Below the pieces are notes generated by a model that worked only from the letters and a program-made list of their open reading frames with translations, searched no databases and had not been told where the DNA came from. The translations under genes were made by a program, and so were the position numbers. A DNA stretch of 64,000 nt from Nitrospirota bacterium (GTDB lineage: Bacteria > Nitrospirota > UBA9217): the NCBI GenBank assembly GCA_963749655.1, contig CAVVOB010000023.1, forward strand, positions 1 to 64,000, written 5' to 3'. This document shows positions 9,365-19,515 of this stretch, one piece after another (within the stretch, counting starts at the first letter, position 1; every line of letters begins with the position of its first letter).

Positions 9365-9460
9365 CGTGAGGAGTGAGATGTGAGGAGTAAGGTGTTACAC
9401 CTGCCTCCTGTCTCCTGTCTTACTTTTTTTCCGCATTCCGCACTCCGCATTCCGCATTCG
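9365..9460. repeat. Intergenic heptamer tandem repeats
   Basis: (A/T)GTGAGG-type, CCTGTCT-type and TTCCGCA x4 units. Confidence 0.7.
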
Positions 9461-9462
9461 CT

Positions 9463-10620
9463 TCATCCGATTCTCCTCAGCCCTTCCGCAATATTGATCG
9501 TCATCCCGCGCCAGGTCGGGAAACAGGCTGGCGACAACGCCGATCACGCCGGCTGCAAGGAGATCGAGATAGACCGTCATCGCGGATATATGAAACACGG
9601 GAAAGAACTGCTTCAGCTCGCTGCCGATCCATCCGCCTGCGGGGAACGAAAGCGCGACCCCGAGGAGGCCTCCCAGAAGGGCGATGGCGATGGACTCGCC
9701 GAAGACCGCGCCGCCGATGTGCCAGGCCCCGAACCCCAGCGTCTTCATGGTGGCGTACTCGGACAAACGTTCGCGGGCCGTCATGGCCATGGTGTTTGCG
9801 GCCACGACCATGATGATCACGATCACCACATAGGACACGATCTGGATCGCTACGACGATGGCCTGGGTCATGGACACGAAGCTCATCTGGAAGGATCGCT
9901 CGGTCTCGGTGAGCGTTTCGGCAAGGGAGTTCTTGAACATCCGGTCTATGGCCAGAGAAACCTCGGCCGCCCGGTCCGGATCAGCCAGCGTCTCTACGAA
10001 GATGCCGACCATGTCTGCGCGGCCGGGCGAGTCTTTCGCATGGTCTCGTTCAAATAGTCCCAGTGAAAGAAGAACTGCGTCTCGTCGGTGCTCTTCTCCG
10101 CCCCGCGGTAGATGCCGCGCACCACGAAGTCCCACTGGCCCGGGAAGATGGTCCCCTTGAGCGTGACGCCGTCGCCGATCTTCCAGCCGAAGCGTTCGGC
10201 CAGGCTCCGGCCGATAACGCATCCTTTGCGGTCCACGATGAAGGCCTTCTTCTGTTCCGGCGAGAGGACGAACTCGGGGTAGAGGTCGAGATAGGTCCTG
10301 GCGTCCACGGCGAAGTTGGGGAAGAAGTTCTTCTCGCTGATGTAGATGCCGCCGAACCAGTTGGCATAGGAAACGGCCTTGACGCCCGGTTCGGACCGGA
10401 TCTTTTCCTCGTAGGAAATCGGCAGGGTGAAGACGAGGGAAACGGCGTTTCGCGTCACGAGCCGCGACGCCGACGAGGACTCGACGCCTGCGTACCAGGC
10501 GCCCACGAGGGTCCGGAGCAGTCCGAAGGCCATAATCGCGATGGCCACGCCGATGATCGTCAGGATCGTCCTGAGCTTGTGGCGGAAGGCATTGCGTATG
10601 ACGAGCTTAAGAATGAACAT
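9463..10620 (-). CDS. ABC transporter permease (MacB/FtsX-like), frameshifts near 10020 and 9515
   Basis: ORF 9994-10620 gives the N-terminus; ORF 9395-10222 gives [15 protein letters not shown]; terminal IAEGLRRIG* is in another frame. Confidence 0.85.
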
Positions 10621-11308
10621 TGCTGTTGCTCAGCACGCCTTTTTCCAGGTGCCGCTGGAGGTGCGCATGCTCCGCGGCCCGCGGGTCGTGGGTGACCATG
10701 ATGATGGTCTTGCCGAACTCGCGGTTGAGCCGCTCCATGAGCCCCAGCACGTCCTGGGCCGAAACGCGGTCCAGGTCGCCGGTGGGCTCGTCGGCAACGA
10801 GGATCGTCGGGTCGGTCACGATCGCCCGGGCGATGGCCACGCGCTGCTGCTGCCCGCCGGAAAGCTGGGACGGATAGTGGTCGAGGCGGTCTGTCAGGTT
10901 CACGACGGCCAGGGCCGTTTCCACGTGGGACCGACGCTCTTTCCGCGAAAGGTTCGTGAGCAACAGCGGCATTTCGACATTCTCGTAGGCTGTGAGCACG
11001 GGAAGGAGGTTGTAGAACTGGAAGATGAATCCCACGTTCAACGAGCGCCAGCGGGCGATGTCGGCCTCGGAGAGCGTCGAGATGTCGATCCCGCCGATCG
11101 TGACGGTGCCGCTGTCCGCCTTGTCGATGCCAGCGATAATGTTGAGAAGCGTGCTCTTGCCCGAGCCCGACGGCCCCATGAGGGCGAGAAACTCCCCTTC
11201 GCAGATATCGAAGGTGATGTCCTCGAGCACGGGCACGGTCTGGGCGCCCCGGCGGTAGGTCTTTACCAGGTTCCTGACTTCAACGATGGTTTTGGCGCAC
11301 TCATTCAT
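10607..11308 (-). CDS. ABC transporter ATP-binding protein (LolD/MacB-like)
   Basis: [27 protein letters not shown]. Confidence 0.95.
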   Translation of the reverse strand: MNECAKTIVEVRNLVKTYRRGAQTVPVLEDITFDICEGEFLALMGPSGSGKSTLLNIIAGIDKADSGTVTIGGIDISTLSEADIARWRSLNVGFIFQFYNLLPVLTAYENVEMPLLLTNLSRKERRSHVETALAVVNLTDRLDHYPSQLSGGQQQRVAIARAIVTDPTILVADEPTGDLDRVSAQDVLGLMERLNREFGKTIIMVTHDPRAAEHAHLQRHLEKGVLSNSNVHS

Positions 11309-12519
11309 CAGCGTACGTTCACGGTGATCCGCGCGCCGTTCTTGAGCTTGGGCGGGGGATTCACCACCACTTTGTCTCCGGCTTTGACGCCTTCGCGGAC
11401 CTCGACCAAGTCTCCCATGGGTTCTCCGAGAACAACGTGCGTCAGGACAACAGAATCATCCCTGACCGCGAAGACGACCTTTTTCCCGTCCCGCTCAACG
11501 ATAGCGGCAGGGCTCACTGCAGTTTTCGGCGCTTCCTCGTTCTTTGCCACAGCATGTTCGAGGAAGGCGACGCGGCTGCTCATCTCGGGCAGGATGCGGG
11601 GGTCCCTGTCGAGGAAGCGGACCTTGACCATGACCGACGCCTTGGACCGGTCGGCCGTCGGCACGATCATGTGCACCTCTCCCCGGAACCTGGTATCCGG
11701 AAGCGCGTCGAGCTGGATTTCGCAGGGCTGATTTTTTTTCACTTTTTCCAGGTTCGATTCCGACACATCGGCTTCGACCTGGAGCGACGTCATGTCGGCA
11801 ACGGTCACCACGTCCGCTTTCGCGTTCATCGCCGCGCCGAAGGGCGTCACGATGTCCCCCACGTCGGCGTCCTTGGTCAGGACCACGGCGTCGAAGGGCG
11901 CCCGGATGCGCGTATATTCGACGGCCACCTCGGCGGAACGAAGCGCGGCCTGCGCCGCATTGATCGCCGATTTCGCCCCCGAGACGCCGGCCTCGGCTCG
12001 CTTGTACCGGGCATCGGCTGTATCGAAATCCATCCGCGAGATAAAGCTCTTTGCCAGAAGGTCCTTGGACCGCGTATAATTCACCGACGCGTCGTCGAAC
12101 TCCGCTTGCGCCTGCGTCAGAGCCGACCGCGAATTCTCAAGGTTCGCCGCGGCCTGCTCCTGGGACGCGACCACGTCGCGGTCTTCGAGCCGGGCGATGA
12201 CCTCGCCCCGTTTTACCTTGCTTCCCTCCTCCACGCCCAACCATTCGAGCCGTCCTGTGGCCTTTGACGAAACCGCCGCCTTCCGCTGGGCCACCACATA
12301 TCCGCTCGCGTTCAGGAGGGTAAAGGTCTGCGACGGATAGACGCGGGAAACAATGATCGTGTCCACGGCCACGGAGCGGTTCCGGGAGAACAGGACGACG
12401 ATCAGCAGAACGATCACGCCCGCGACGGCAGCAAGAACCGCTTTCGGGATTTTCTGCTTGCGCTGGAAGGTCCCGGCTGATTTGTCGATCTTGAGCTTTG
12501 TCAGGTCTTCGTTGGACAT
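11308..12519 (-). CDS. Efflux periplasmic adaptor (MFP, MacA-like)
   Basis: N-terminal anchor, lipoyl halves (VEEGSKVKRG, IRAPFDAVV), coiled-coil hairpin. Confidence 0.92.
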   Translation of the reverse strand: MSNEDLTKLKIDKSAGTFQRKQKIPKAVLAAVAGVIVLLIVVLFSRNRSVAVDTIIVSRVYPSQTFTLLNASGYVVAQRKAAVSSKATGRLEWLGVEEGSKVKRGEVIARLEDRDVVASQEQAAANLENSRSALTQAQAEFDDASVNYTRSKDLLAKSFISRMDFDTADARYKRAEAGVSGAKSAINAAQAALRSAEVAVEYTRIRAPFDAVVLTKDADVGDIVTPFGAAMNAKADVVTVADMTSLQVEADVSESNLEKVKKNQPCEIQLDALPDTRFRGEVHMIVPTADRSKASVMVKVRFLDRDPRILPEMSSRVAFLEHAVAKNEEAPKTAVSPAAIVERDGKKVVFAVRDDSVVLTHVVLGEPMGDLVEVREGVKAGDKVVVNPPPKLKNGARITVNVR

Positions 12520-12544
12520 TGGCTTCTCCGGGAAGAATATGTTG

Positions 12545-12668
12545 AGGAGGGTTGAAAAGATCAATTACGCAGGCTAAAGCCTGCGGCTACGGGATTCAGA
12601 CAGATTTTTTATCGTAGCTGCACCCTTCAGGGTGCGCTTTCTGTTATAAGGATCTTTTTCAACCGCCT
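12545..12668. mobile_element. MITE-like element enclosing two GTAG-type REP palindromes
   Basis: Outer IR AGGAGGGTTGAAAAGATC / GATCTTTTTCAACCGCCT; inner CGCAGGCTAAAGCCTGCGGCTAC (12568-12590) and GTAGCTGCACCCTTCAGGGTGCG (12614-12636). Confidence 0.6.
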
Positions 12669-12798
12669 TGTATTAAGAGTATCAGAGGAAGGGGCCTCTG
12701 GCAAGAGATGGAGAAGAGCAAGCGCGCCGGAGAGAGCCGGGTGAATCAGCTAATCATTATACACAGACTCCCGTTTCATTGGAATGATGTTCCTTGTT

Positions 12799-14169
12799 TC
12801 AGAACAGCCTCTCCATCGCCTCGTCCACGGTCCGAACGCCGATGATCTCCATCTTCTTGAGGGCCGCAGTCTTTTCCATCTTCTCGACGTTGAGCATCGG
12901 CAGCACGCAGCGCGTGAAGCCCAGCTTGGCCGCGTCCTTGAGCCGCGACTCGGCCTGGCTTATAGCGCGCACTTCGCCGGCCAGGCCCACCTCGCCCATG
13001 ACCACGGTCTGGGCATGGATGGCCTTTTCGCGGAAGCTCGACGCCACGGCCGCGATCACGCCGAGGTCGATGGCAGGTTCGTCGATCTTGAGGCCTCCCA
13101 CGATGTTCACGAACACGTCCATGCCCATGAGGTGCATTCCCACGCGCTTTTCGAGCACGGCGAGGAGCAGCGAGACGCGGTTGAAGTCCACGCCGATCGT
13201 GGTGCGGCGCGGCATGGTGAGCTTGGACGGGGCCACGAGCGCCTGCAGCTCCGCAAGGATCGGCCGCGAACCTTCGAGGGAAGATACCACGACCGAGCCG
13301 GTCGCGTCGGCAGGACGCTCGGCAAGGAACAACTCCGAGGGATTGGCCACCTCGGCAAGGCCAGACTCCTTCATCTCGAACACGCCGATCTCGTTCGTAC
13401 TGCCGAAGCGGTTCTTGACGGCTCGGAGCACGCGGAAGGAATGCCCCTTGTCGCCCTCGAAGTAGAGCACCGTGTCCACGATGTGCTCGAGCACACGCGG
13501 ACCGGCGATCGCGCCGTCCTTGGTCACATGGCCGATCAGGAACGTGGGCACGCCCGTGCGCTTGGCATGGACCATCAGCCTGCCCGAAACCTCGCGCACC
13601 TGGCCGACGCTGCCGGGAGCCGAGGGAAGCTCGGAGGTGAACACGGTCTGGACGGAATCAATGACCAGGACCTGGGGTTCGAGACCGTCGGACGCGCGGA
13701 TGATCTCATCGAGCTGCGTCTCGGCGAGCACGTAAAGGTTCTCGGTCTTGACGCCGAGCCGCATCGCCCGCATCTTGATCTGCGACGGCGATTCCTCGCC
13801 CGAGACATAGAGCGCCTTGCCCCGAAGCTCCGACACCTGTTTGAGCATCTGGAGAACGAGGGTCGACTTGCCAATGCCCGGGTCGCCGCCGATCAGCACG
13901 ACCGATCCCGCGACGATCCCGCCGCCGAGCACGCGGTCGAGCTCGCCGATCTTCGTGACGAACCGGTCCTCGTCCTTGGCCTGGATCTCGCCCAGGAGAA
14001 GCGGCTCGGCGCCGCCGGAGCGTTTGGCGGCCCCGATGTCCCTGGGCTTCTCCATGCGCTCCTCGACCATGGTGTTCCAGGCACCGCAGTCGGGGCACTT
14101 GCCCATCCACCGGGGAGACTGGCTGCCGCAGGCCTGACAGACATAGACGGTTTTGGATTTGGGTTTCAT
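12799..14169 (-). CDS. radA: DNA repair protein RadA/Sms
   Basis: N-terminal C4 zinc finger, GDPGIGKS, KNRFG motif, Lon-like C-terminus. Confidence 0.97.
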   Translation of the reverse strand: MKPKSKTVYVCQACGSQSPRWMGKCPDCGAWNTMVEERMEKPRDIGAAKRSGGAEPLLLGEIQAKDEDRFVTKIGELDRVLGGGIVAGSVVLIGGDPGIGKSTLVLQMLKQVSELRGKALYVSGEESPSQIKMRAMRLGVKTENLYVLAETQLDEIIRASDGLEPQVLVIDSVQTVFTSELPSAPGSVGQVREVSGRLMVHAKRTGVPTFLIGHVTKDGAIAGPRVLEHIVDTVLYFEGDKGHSFRVLRAVKNRFGSTNEIGVFEMKESGLAEVANPSELFLAERPADATGSVVVSSLEGSRPILAELQALVAPSKLTMPRRTTIGVDFNRVSLLLAVLEKRVGMHLMGMDVFVNIVGGLKIDEPAIDLGVIAAVASSFREKAIHAQTVVMGEVGLAGEVRAISQAESRLKDAAKLGFTRCVLPMLNVEKMEKTAALKKMEIIGVRTVDEAMERLF

Positions 14170-14190
14170 AGAAAATGTACCTGCATATTA

Positions 14191-14318
14191 ACCACGGATG
14201 GAAATGAACACGGGCAAAAGCATAAAGAATAACCGGCAAAATACTTAATATCTGACGCTTCTATTCAAGACTTACGCCTTTTGATTTCATCTGCGTTCAT
14301 CTGTGTCCATCTGTGGTT
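14191..14318. repeat. Intergenic inverted repeat hairpin
   Basis: AACCACGGATGG...ACACGG vs ATCTGCGTTCATCTGTGTCCATCTGTGGTT. Confidence 0.55.
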
Positions 14319-14444
14319 CCAGGAACTGCTTGATTGCTTCTTCCGTGGTTCCCAGAAAACCATGCGCCCCGGCGAAGCCGGGACCCGTGGTTACCAGTTT
14401 TTAAAATAGTATAAATCCGGGGAAAGTGCAAGACGAAAAGGACG

Positions 14445-15815
14445 TCAGCCCACGACGTTGAATTCACGGACCCGGAGCTTCACCCCGAGTTCGTCGGCGA
14501 TCCTGCGGCAGGCCTCGACGTCCACGCCCGGAGCGGTCACGATTGTCGCGGTCACGTCGGGAATATACTTCTTCGCCTCGGCAAGGAACGTCTTCACCGC
14601 ATCATAGGCCTCAATACCGAACTTGGGCTGCGAGAGCTTGTTGTACAGCTCCGCATTCTGAGCATTCAGGCTCACGCTTACGGCGTCCACGAGCCCTGCA
14701 AGTTCGGGCAATACGTTGCGTTTGTGGATGAGGTTCGCATGGCCGTTGGTGTCGATGCGGACCTTGCCCCCGCGCCGCTTGACCTCGGCGGCTACCGTTT
14801 TGACCACATCGAGTCGCAGGAGCGGCTCACCGTAGCCGCAGAACACCACCTCCGCGTACCGCGTAGGGTCGCCGATCTCCTTGATCAGGGCTTCGGCAGC
14901 AGGTTCCTCCGCGAGACGAAGGTTATGGCCCTTCACGAAGTCGGTATGATAGCGAACGCAGAAGGTGCAGGCAGAGGTGCAGCGATTGGTGATATTGAGA
15001 TACAGGGAGTTCCTGATCGGATAGGTGATCTTTCCCTGCTTCGGGATGATCCCGATGCCGAAGAGCTGCATGGCGTTGAAGCTCGTGATGCGCGCCACGT
15101 CGTCGAAGGTCAGGCCCTTGACCTGGGCGACCATCTCAGCGGTATGGCGCACGAACGCGGGCTCGTTCCGCTTGCCTCGCATGGGCTGGGGAGCAAGATA
15201 GGGCGAATCGGTCTCGACCAGAAGGTGTTCGATCGGGATCTGCTTCACGACTTCCCGCAGTGCCTCGGCCTTGGGATAGGTCACCGGACCGGCGATAGAG
15301 AGCAGGAACCCCATCTCGATCAGTTTCTTCGCCATTGCCGCGTCGCCGGAGAAACAGTGCATGATCCCGCCCAGGTCCGCTGACCATTCCTCGGACAGGA
15401 TTTGGAGCGTGTCCTCGTGGGCGTCCCGGTCGTGGATGATCACGGGCAGGTCGAGTTCCCGCGCCTCGCGCAGCATGTCGCGGAACTTCCGCTTCTGGTC
15501 GCTCCGCGGCGAGTGCTCGTAGAAGTAATCGAGCCCGATCTCTCCGTAGGCCACGACCTTCTTGTGCTGGGCAAAGTGCCGGATGATCTCGTAGGAAGGA
15601 TGGAGGATGTCCTTGACCTCGTGCGGATGGATGCCGATCGCCGCGTAGATGAAATCGTACTTGTCGGCGAGCATCACCGCATCGCGGCTGGACTCGATCG
15701 TCGTGCCGATGGTGACGATATATTCGACGCCCGCCTCCCGGGCGCGTTTTATCACGTCCTCGCGGTCGTCGTTGAACTCGCGCATCTCAAGGTGCGCGTG
15801 GGTGTCGATAAGCAT
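14445..15815 (-). CDS. tatD: TatD-family DNase fused to a TatD-associated radical SAM domain
   Basis: MLIDTHAHL, GIHPH, GEIGLD, ETDSPYL, then YLNITNRCTSACTFC (CxxxCxxC) and FCGYGEP. Confidence 0.92.
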   Translation of the reverse strand: MLIDTHAHLEMREFNDDREDVIKRAREAGVEYIVTIGTTIESSRDAVMLADKYDFIYAAIGIHPHEVKDILHPSYEIIRHFAQHKKVVAYGEIGLDYFYEHSPRSDQKRKFRDMLREARELDLPVIIHDRDAHEDTLQILSEEWSADLGGIMHCFSGDAAMAKKLIEMGFLLSIAGPVTYPKAEALREVVKQIPIEHLLVETDSPYLAPQPMRGKRNEPAFVRHTAEMVAQVKGLTFDDVARITSFNAMQLFGIGIIPKQGKITYPIRNSLYLNITNRCTSACTFCVRYHTDFVKGHNLRLAEEPAAEALIKEIGDPTRYAEVVFCGYGEPLLRLDVVKTVAAEVKRRGGKVRIDTNGHANLIHKRNVLPELAGLVDAVSVSLNAQNAELYNKLSQPKFGIEAYDAVKTFLAEAKKYIPDVTATIVTAPGVDVEACRRIADELGVKLRVREFNVVG

Positions 15816-15827
15816 GTCTACACCGGG

Positions 15828-15909
15828 AAGGAGTGAGGAGTCAGGTGTAAGGGGATTGACCCTTGCACTATTGCCCTTCCCCTTACTCCTCACCCCTTAC
15901 TCCTTACGG
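15828..15909. repeat. Inverted heptamer arrays
   Basis: AGTGAGG/AGTCAGG/TGTAAGG then CCTTACT/CCTCACC/CCTTACT. Confidence 0.7.
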
Positions 15910-15914
15910 GTCCT

Positions 15915-17928
15915 TTATTTGACTCTCGACCCCGGCTTCGTCTCCCGGTCAAAGGTGGCCACCGCGAGCAGGTCTCCGCTGCTCCCTGCCAGGAGCATGC
16001 CCTGGGACTCGATGCCCATCAGTTTCGCGGGCTTCAGGTTCGCCACGATCACGATGGACTTGCCCATGAGCTCTTCGGGCGCGTAGCTTTTGCCGATCCC
16101 CGCCACGACCTGCCGCGTCTCGTAGCCGATGTCGACCTGCAGCTTGATGAGCTTTTCGGACTTCTGCACCCGCTCGGCCGCCGTGATCCTGCCGATGCGC
16201 AGGTCCACTTTCATGAAGTCCTCGATGCCGATGAGTTCCATCGCAGGCCGCTGCTGCCGGCGGCGTTTCCGATTTCACTGCTGTCTGTTTCTTCAATTTC
16301 CTTTCTCCTTCTTTTTTCCTTTGCCGTGTTCATCGGCTGTGTTGATCCGTTTCCGGATTCTGTCTTCTTTTCTATCCTGCGGGAAGAGCTGTGCACCGGG
16401 CCGGATCGCTGTTCCCGACGCCAGTCTCCCCCACGACTGTTCCTCGTCCATGCGGCAGGCGCACAGCTGTTTATCCATGCCAAGAGCGCTCCATATCTTC
16501 TGGGACGTCGAGGGCATCACGGGATAAAGGTAGAGGCCGATCAGTCGGAGCGACTCCGAGAGATTGTAGAGCACGCTGCCGAGCCGGTCGAAATCCCTGT
16601 TCTTCGCAAGGCGTCCAGGGCGCGTTCTCCTCCACGTAGCGGTTCGCCCGCGTCACAAGCGCCCATATGTCCTGCAGATATTTCGTGAACGCAAGCGATG
16701 CAAGATCTCCGGCGATCTTCGCCGGTATATCCCGCGCGATGTCGCGAAGGTCCCGGTCGCCCTGCTGTTCCGCGCCCGCAGGCGGGACCTTTCCGTCAAA
16801 ATATTTTCCGATCATGGTGAGAACCCGGGAGAGAAGGTTCCCGAGGTCGTTTGCCAGTTCCGTGTTGAACCGCGTGGTGAAGGTCTCGATCGAAAAATCG
16901 CCGTCCAGGCCGAAGGGCACCTCGCGCAGCACGAAATACCGGAAGGAATCCACACCGTAGTCGTCGGCCACCTTGTTCGGGTCGATCACGTTCCCGAGCG
17001 ACTTGGACATCTTCTTGCCGTCCTGCGTCCACCAGCCGTGGGCGAAGATGTTTCCCGGCAAAGGAAGGTCCAGCGCCATGAGCATGGTGGACCAGTACAC
17101 GCTGTGGGTGGTCAGGATGTCCTTGCCCACGAGATGGTGCTCAGACGGCCACCAGAAGGCCTGACGCTTTAAAGGGGCCGGGGAACCGTTCGCGGGCGGG
17201 CTCAGGTAGCGGGTGGCGGAAAAATAGTTTACCAGCGCGTCGAACCAGACGTAGGTGACGAAGTCCCGGTCAAAAGGGAGTTCGATGCCCCAGGAGAGCC
17301 TCGCTTTGGGGCGGGAGATGCAGAGGTCGCCGAGTTTCTGCGATTTCAGGAAGCCGAGCACCTCGTTCCGCCTGCTCTCGGGCCTGATGTAGTTCGGGTT
17401 CTTCTCGATCTGTCCGATCAGCCGGTCCTGGTATCTGCTCATCAGGAAGAAATAATTGTCCTCGGTGATGCGTTCAACGGGCCTTCCGCAGTCCGGGCAC
17501 TTGCCCTCCACGATCTCCTTCTCCGTCCAGAACCGCTCGTCGGGCGTGCAGTACCAGCCTTCGTAGGTCCTGCGCTCGATCTCGCCCTTGTCATGGAGCT
17601 TCTGCAGGAGCTCCTGCACCACGGCGATGTGCTCCCGGTCCGTGGTGCGGATGAAGGCGTCGTTCGAGATCTCGAGCTTCTTCCAGAGCCGCTGGAAATT
17701 TACCGTCATCAGGTCCGCATGGGCCTTGGGCGTGAGCCCCCGCTCCACAGCGGCCTTTTCGACCTTCTGGCCGTGCTCGTCCGTGCCGGTCAGAAAGAAT
17801 ACGGCGTCGCCGAGAAGCCGGTGGTACCGGGCGAGCGTATCTGCTGCGATGGTAGTGTAGGCGTGGCCGATGTGCGGCACGTCGTTCACATAATAGATCG
17901 GTGTCGTGATATAGAATTTATTGGACAT
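15915..17928 (-). CDS. metG: Methionine--tRNA ligase with C-terminal tRNA-binding domain (several frameshifts between ~16240 and 16620)
   Basis: YYVNDVPHIGH, KMSKS; anticodon-binding domain in ORF 16293-16574; Trbp111-like OB domain in ORF 15915-16241. Confidence 0.93.
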
Positions 17929-18000
17929 TGATGTAAGTATATCGGGAGCGGTTACCGCGACGATTTCATGGCAGCTGAAACAGGTCTACTGTTCTCAGGT

Positions 18001-18080
18001 TTCCAATTCCGCATTCCGAATTTCAACAGTTCCGCATTCCGTATTTGTTCTGCACCCTGGCCCCCGGCTACTGGACCCTG
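18001..18080. repeat. Heptamer repeats (TTCCGCA and ACCCTGG families)
   Basis: TTCCGCA TTCCGAA ... ACCCTGG CCCCCGG CTACTGG ACCCTG. Confidence 0.65.
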
Positions 18081-18087
18081 CCTTGCA

Positions 18088-19368
18088 TTACTCAGCAGCC
18101 GGTCCCGGTCCCTGGGGTTTATTTTCACCCGGCTGGCCGCCGCCCTTTTTCTTCTTTCGCCAGAACCGGCGCTTTTTTCGCCTGCCCGTCTTTTCACCGG
18201 CCTGCTGTGCCGGCTGTCCTTGCTGCTCCGGCTGTCCCTGCTGCTCCTGCTGTGCCTGTTGGACCTGCTGTGCCTGTTCCTGCGGCTGGGCGGCATTCTC
18301 TTTCTGCGCCTGTTCCTGCGGCTGCTGTCGTTCCGGCCTTGGCTTCTGCTTCGGCTGCTGCTGGCGTTCCCGGCCCTGCTCCGGCCTGGGCTGGCCCTGG
18401 CCCTTCTTCTCCTGCCGGTCCTTCTTCTCCTGCCTGCCCCCGCCCTTCTGGCCGCCTTCCCGCTGTTTGTCTTTGCGCGCCTGCTGCTGCTTGCGGTCTT
18501 CCTGGCGCCTCTTCTCTTCCTCGAGCCGGCGTTCCTCGGTTTCCTTCCGCTCCTCGGCAAGACGGACCTCTTCTTCAGCCCTCTTCTCCTGCACAGCGGC
18601 TTCCCGCATGCCCGCGAGGTCCTTCTTGATCTCATCGTACATGCCGTATTCGTAGGACAGACAGCAGAGCAGGCGTCCGCAGACACCGGAGATCTTCGCC
18701 GGGTTCAGCACCATATCCTGCTTCTTGGCCATGCGGATCGAAACAGGTTCGAAATTTTTCAGGAACGCGGCGCAGCAGAGCTCCCTGCCGCAGGGCCCGA
18801 ATCCCCCGATCATCCGCGCCACGTCGCGGACGCCGACCTGGCGCATCTCGATCCGGCTCTTCAGTTTGTACGCAAGGTCCTTGACGAGCTCCCGGAAATC
18901 GACACGGGTCTCGGAAAAAAAGAAAAAGGTGGCGCGCGTGGCATCGAAGGAATATTCCACCCGGATCAGCTTCATGGGCAGCTCCCGCTCGGTGATCATG
19001 TCCTGCGCGACCGTGAAGGCCTCGGCTTCGCGCTCCACGTTCTTTTCCTCGCGCTGAAGATCGTCCTCGCCGGCCTTGCGGATCACCTTCCGAAGCGCTT
19101 TCGGGGCCTGAACCGCGGTTTCGGCGGGCGCGCTGCCGTCTTCCTCTTCAACTTGCAGCCCCTGCACCATCTCCATCGGGGCGGGTTCTGGAGCGGGCGG
19201 CCCCTGCTGTTTCTTCAGGCGCACGACAACGGCAAAACCCTGGCCCCGTTCCGAATCGACGATTACCTTGTCTCCGACGGCGACGTCGATGTCCGTGGCG
19301 TCGAAATCATAGACCTTCCAGTTCTCCCGGAAGCGCACACCGGCTATTCTTCTCGTTATATCGGTCAT
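18088..19368 (-). CDS. ricT: PSP1/YaaT (RicT) family protein with a long charged, Gln-rich C-terminal tail
   Basis: RVDFRELVKDL, GPCGRELCC, KISGVCGRLLCCLSYE; canonical position between holB and metG. Confidence 0.9.
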   Translation of the reverse strand: MTDITRRIAGVRFRENWKVYDFDATDIDVAVGDKVIVDSERGQGFAVVVRLKKQQGPPAPEPAPMEMVQGLQVEEEDGSAPAETAVQAPKALRKVIRKAGEDDLQREEKNVEREAEAFTVAQDMITERELPMKLIRVEYSFDATRATFFFFSETRVDFRELVKDLAYKLKSRIEMRQVGVRDVARMIGGFGPCGRELCCAAFLKNFEPVSIRMAKKQDMVLNPAKISGVCGRLLCCLSYEYGMYDEIKKDLAGMREAAVQEKRAEEEVRLAEERKETEERRLEEEKRRQEDRKQQQARKDKQREGGQKGGGRQEKKDRQEKKGQGQPRPEQGRERQQQPKQKPRPERQQPQEQAQKENAAQPQEQAQQVQQAQQEQQGQPEQQGQPAQQAGEKTGRRKKRRFWRKKKKGGGQPGENKPQGPGPAAE

Positions 19369-19384
19369 GATTTTATCATCTCAC

Positions 19385-19510
19385 AATTCGGCATTCGGAA
19401 ATGCGCCCTTCTCAATCCGCATTCCGACTTCCGCATTCCGCATTTATTTTACCCTGGCCCCTTGCTACCGGCTACTGGACCCTGGTCTTACTGATTCCGC
19501 ATTCCGCATT
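19385..19510. repeat. Heptamer repeats (ATTCCGC and ACCCTGG families)
   Basis: Same composite structure as 18001-18080. Confidence 0.65.
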
Positions 19511-19515
19511 TTGTC

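Noticed and set aside
15915-17928. metG split into three ORFs (pseudogene or programmed frameshift)
   Set aside because: Essential gene with intact motifs. Similar indels hit glgA, the ABC permease, res, YeeE and the vWA genes, which points to sequencing/assembly indels.
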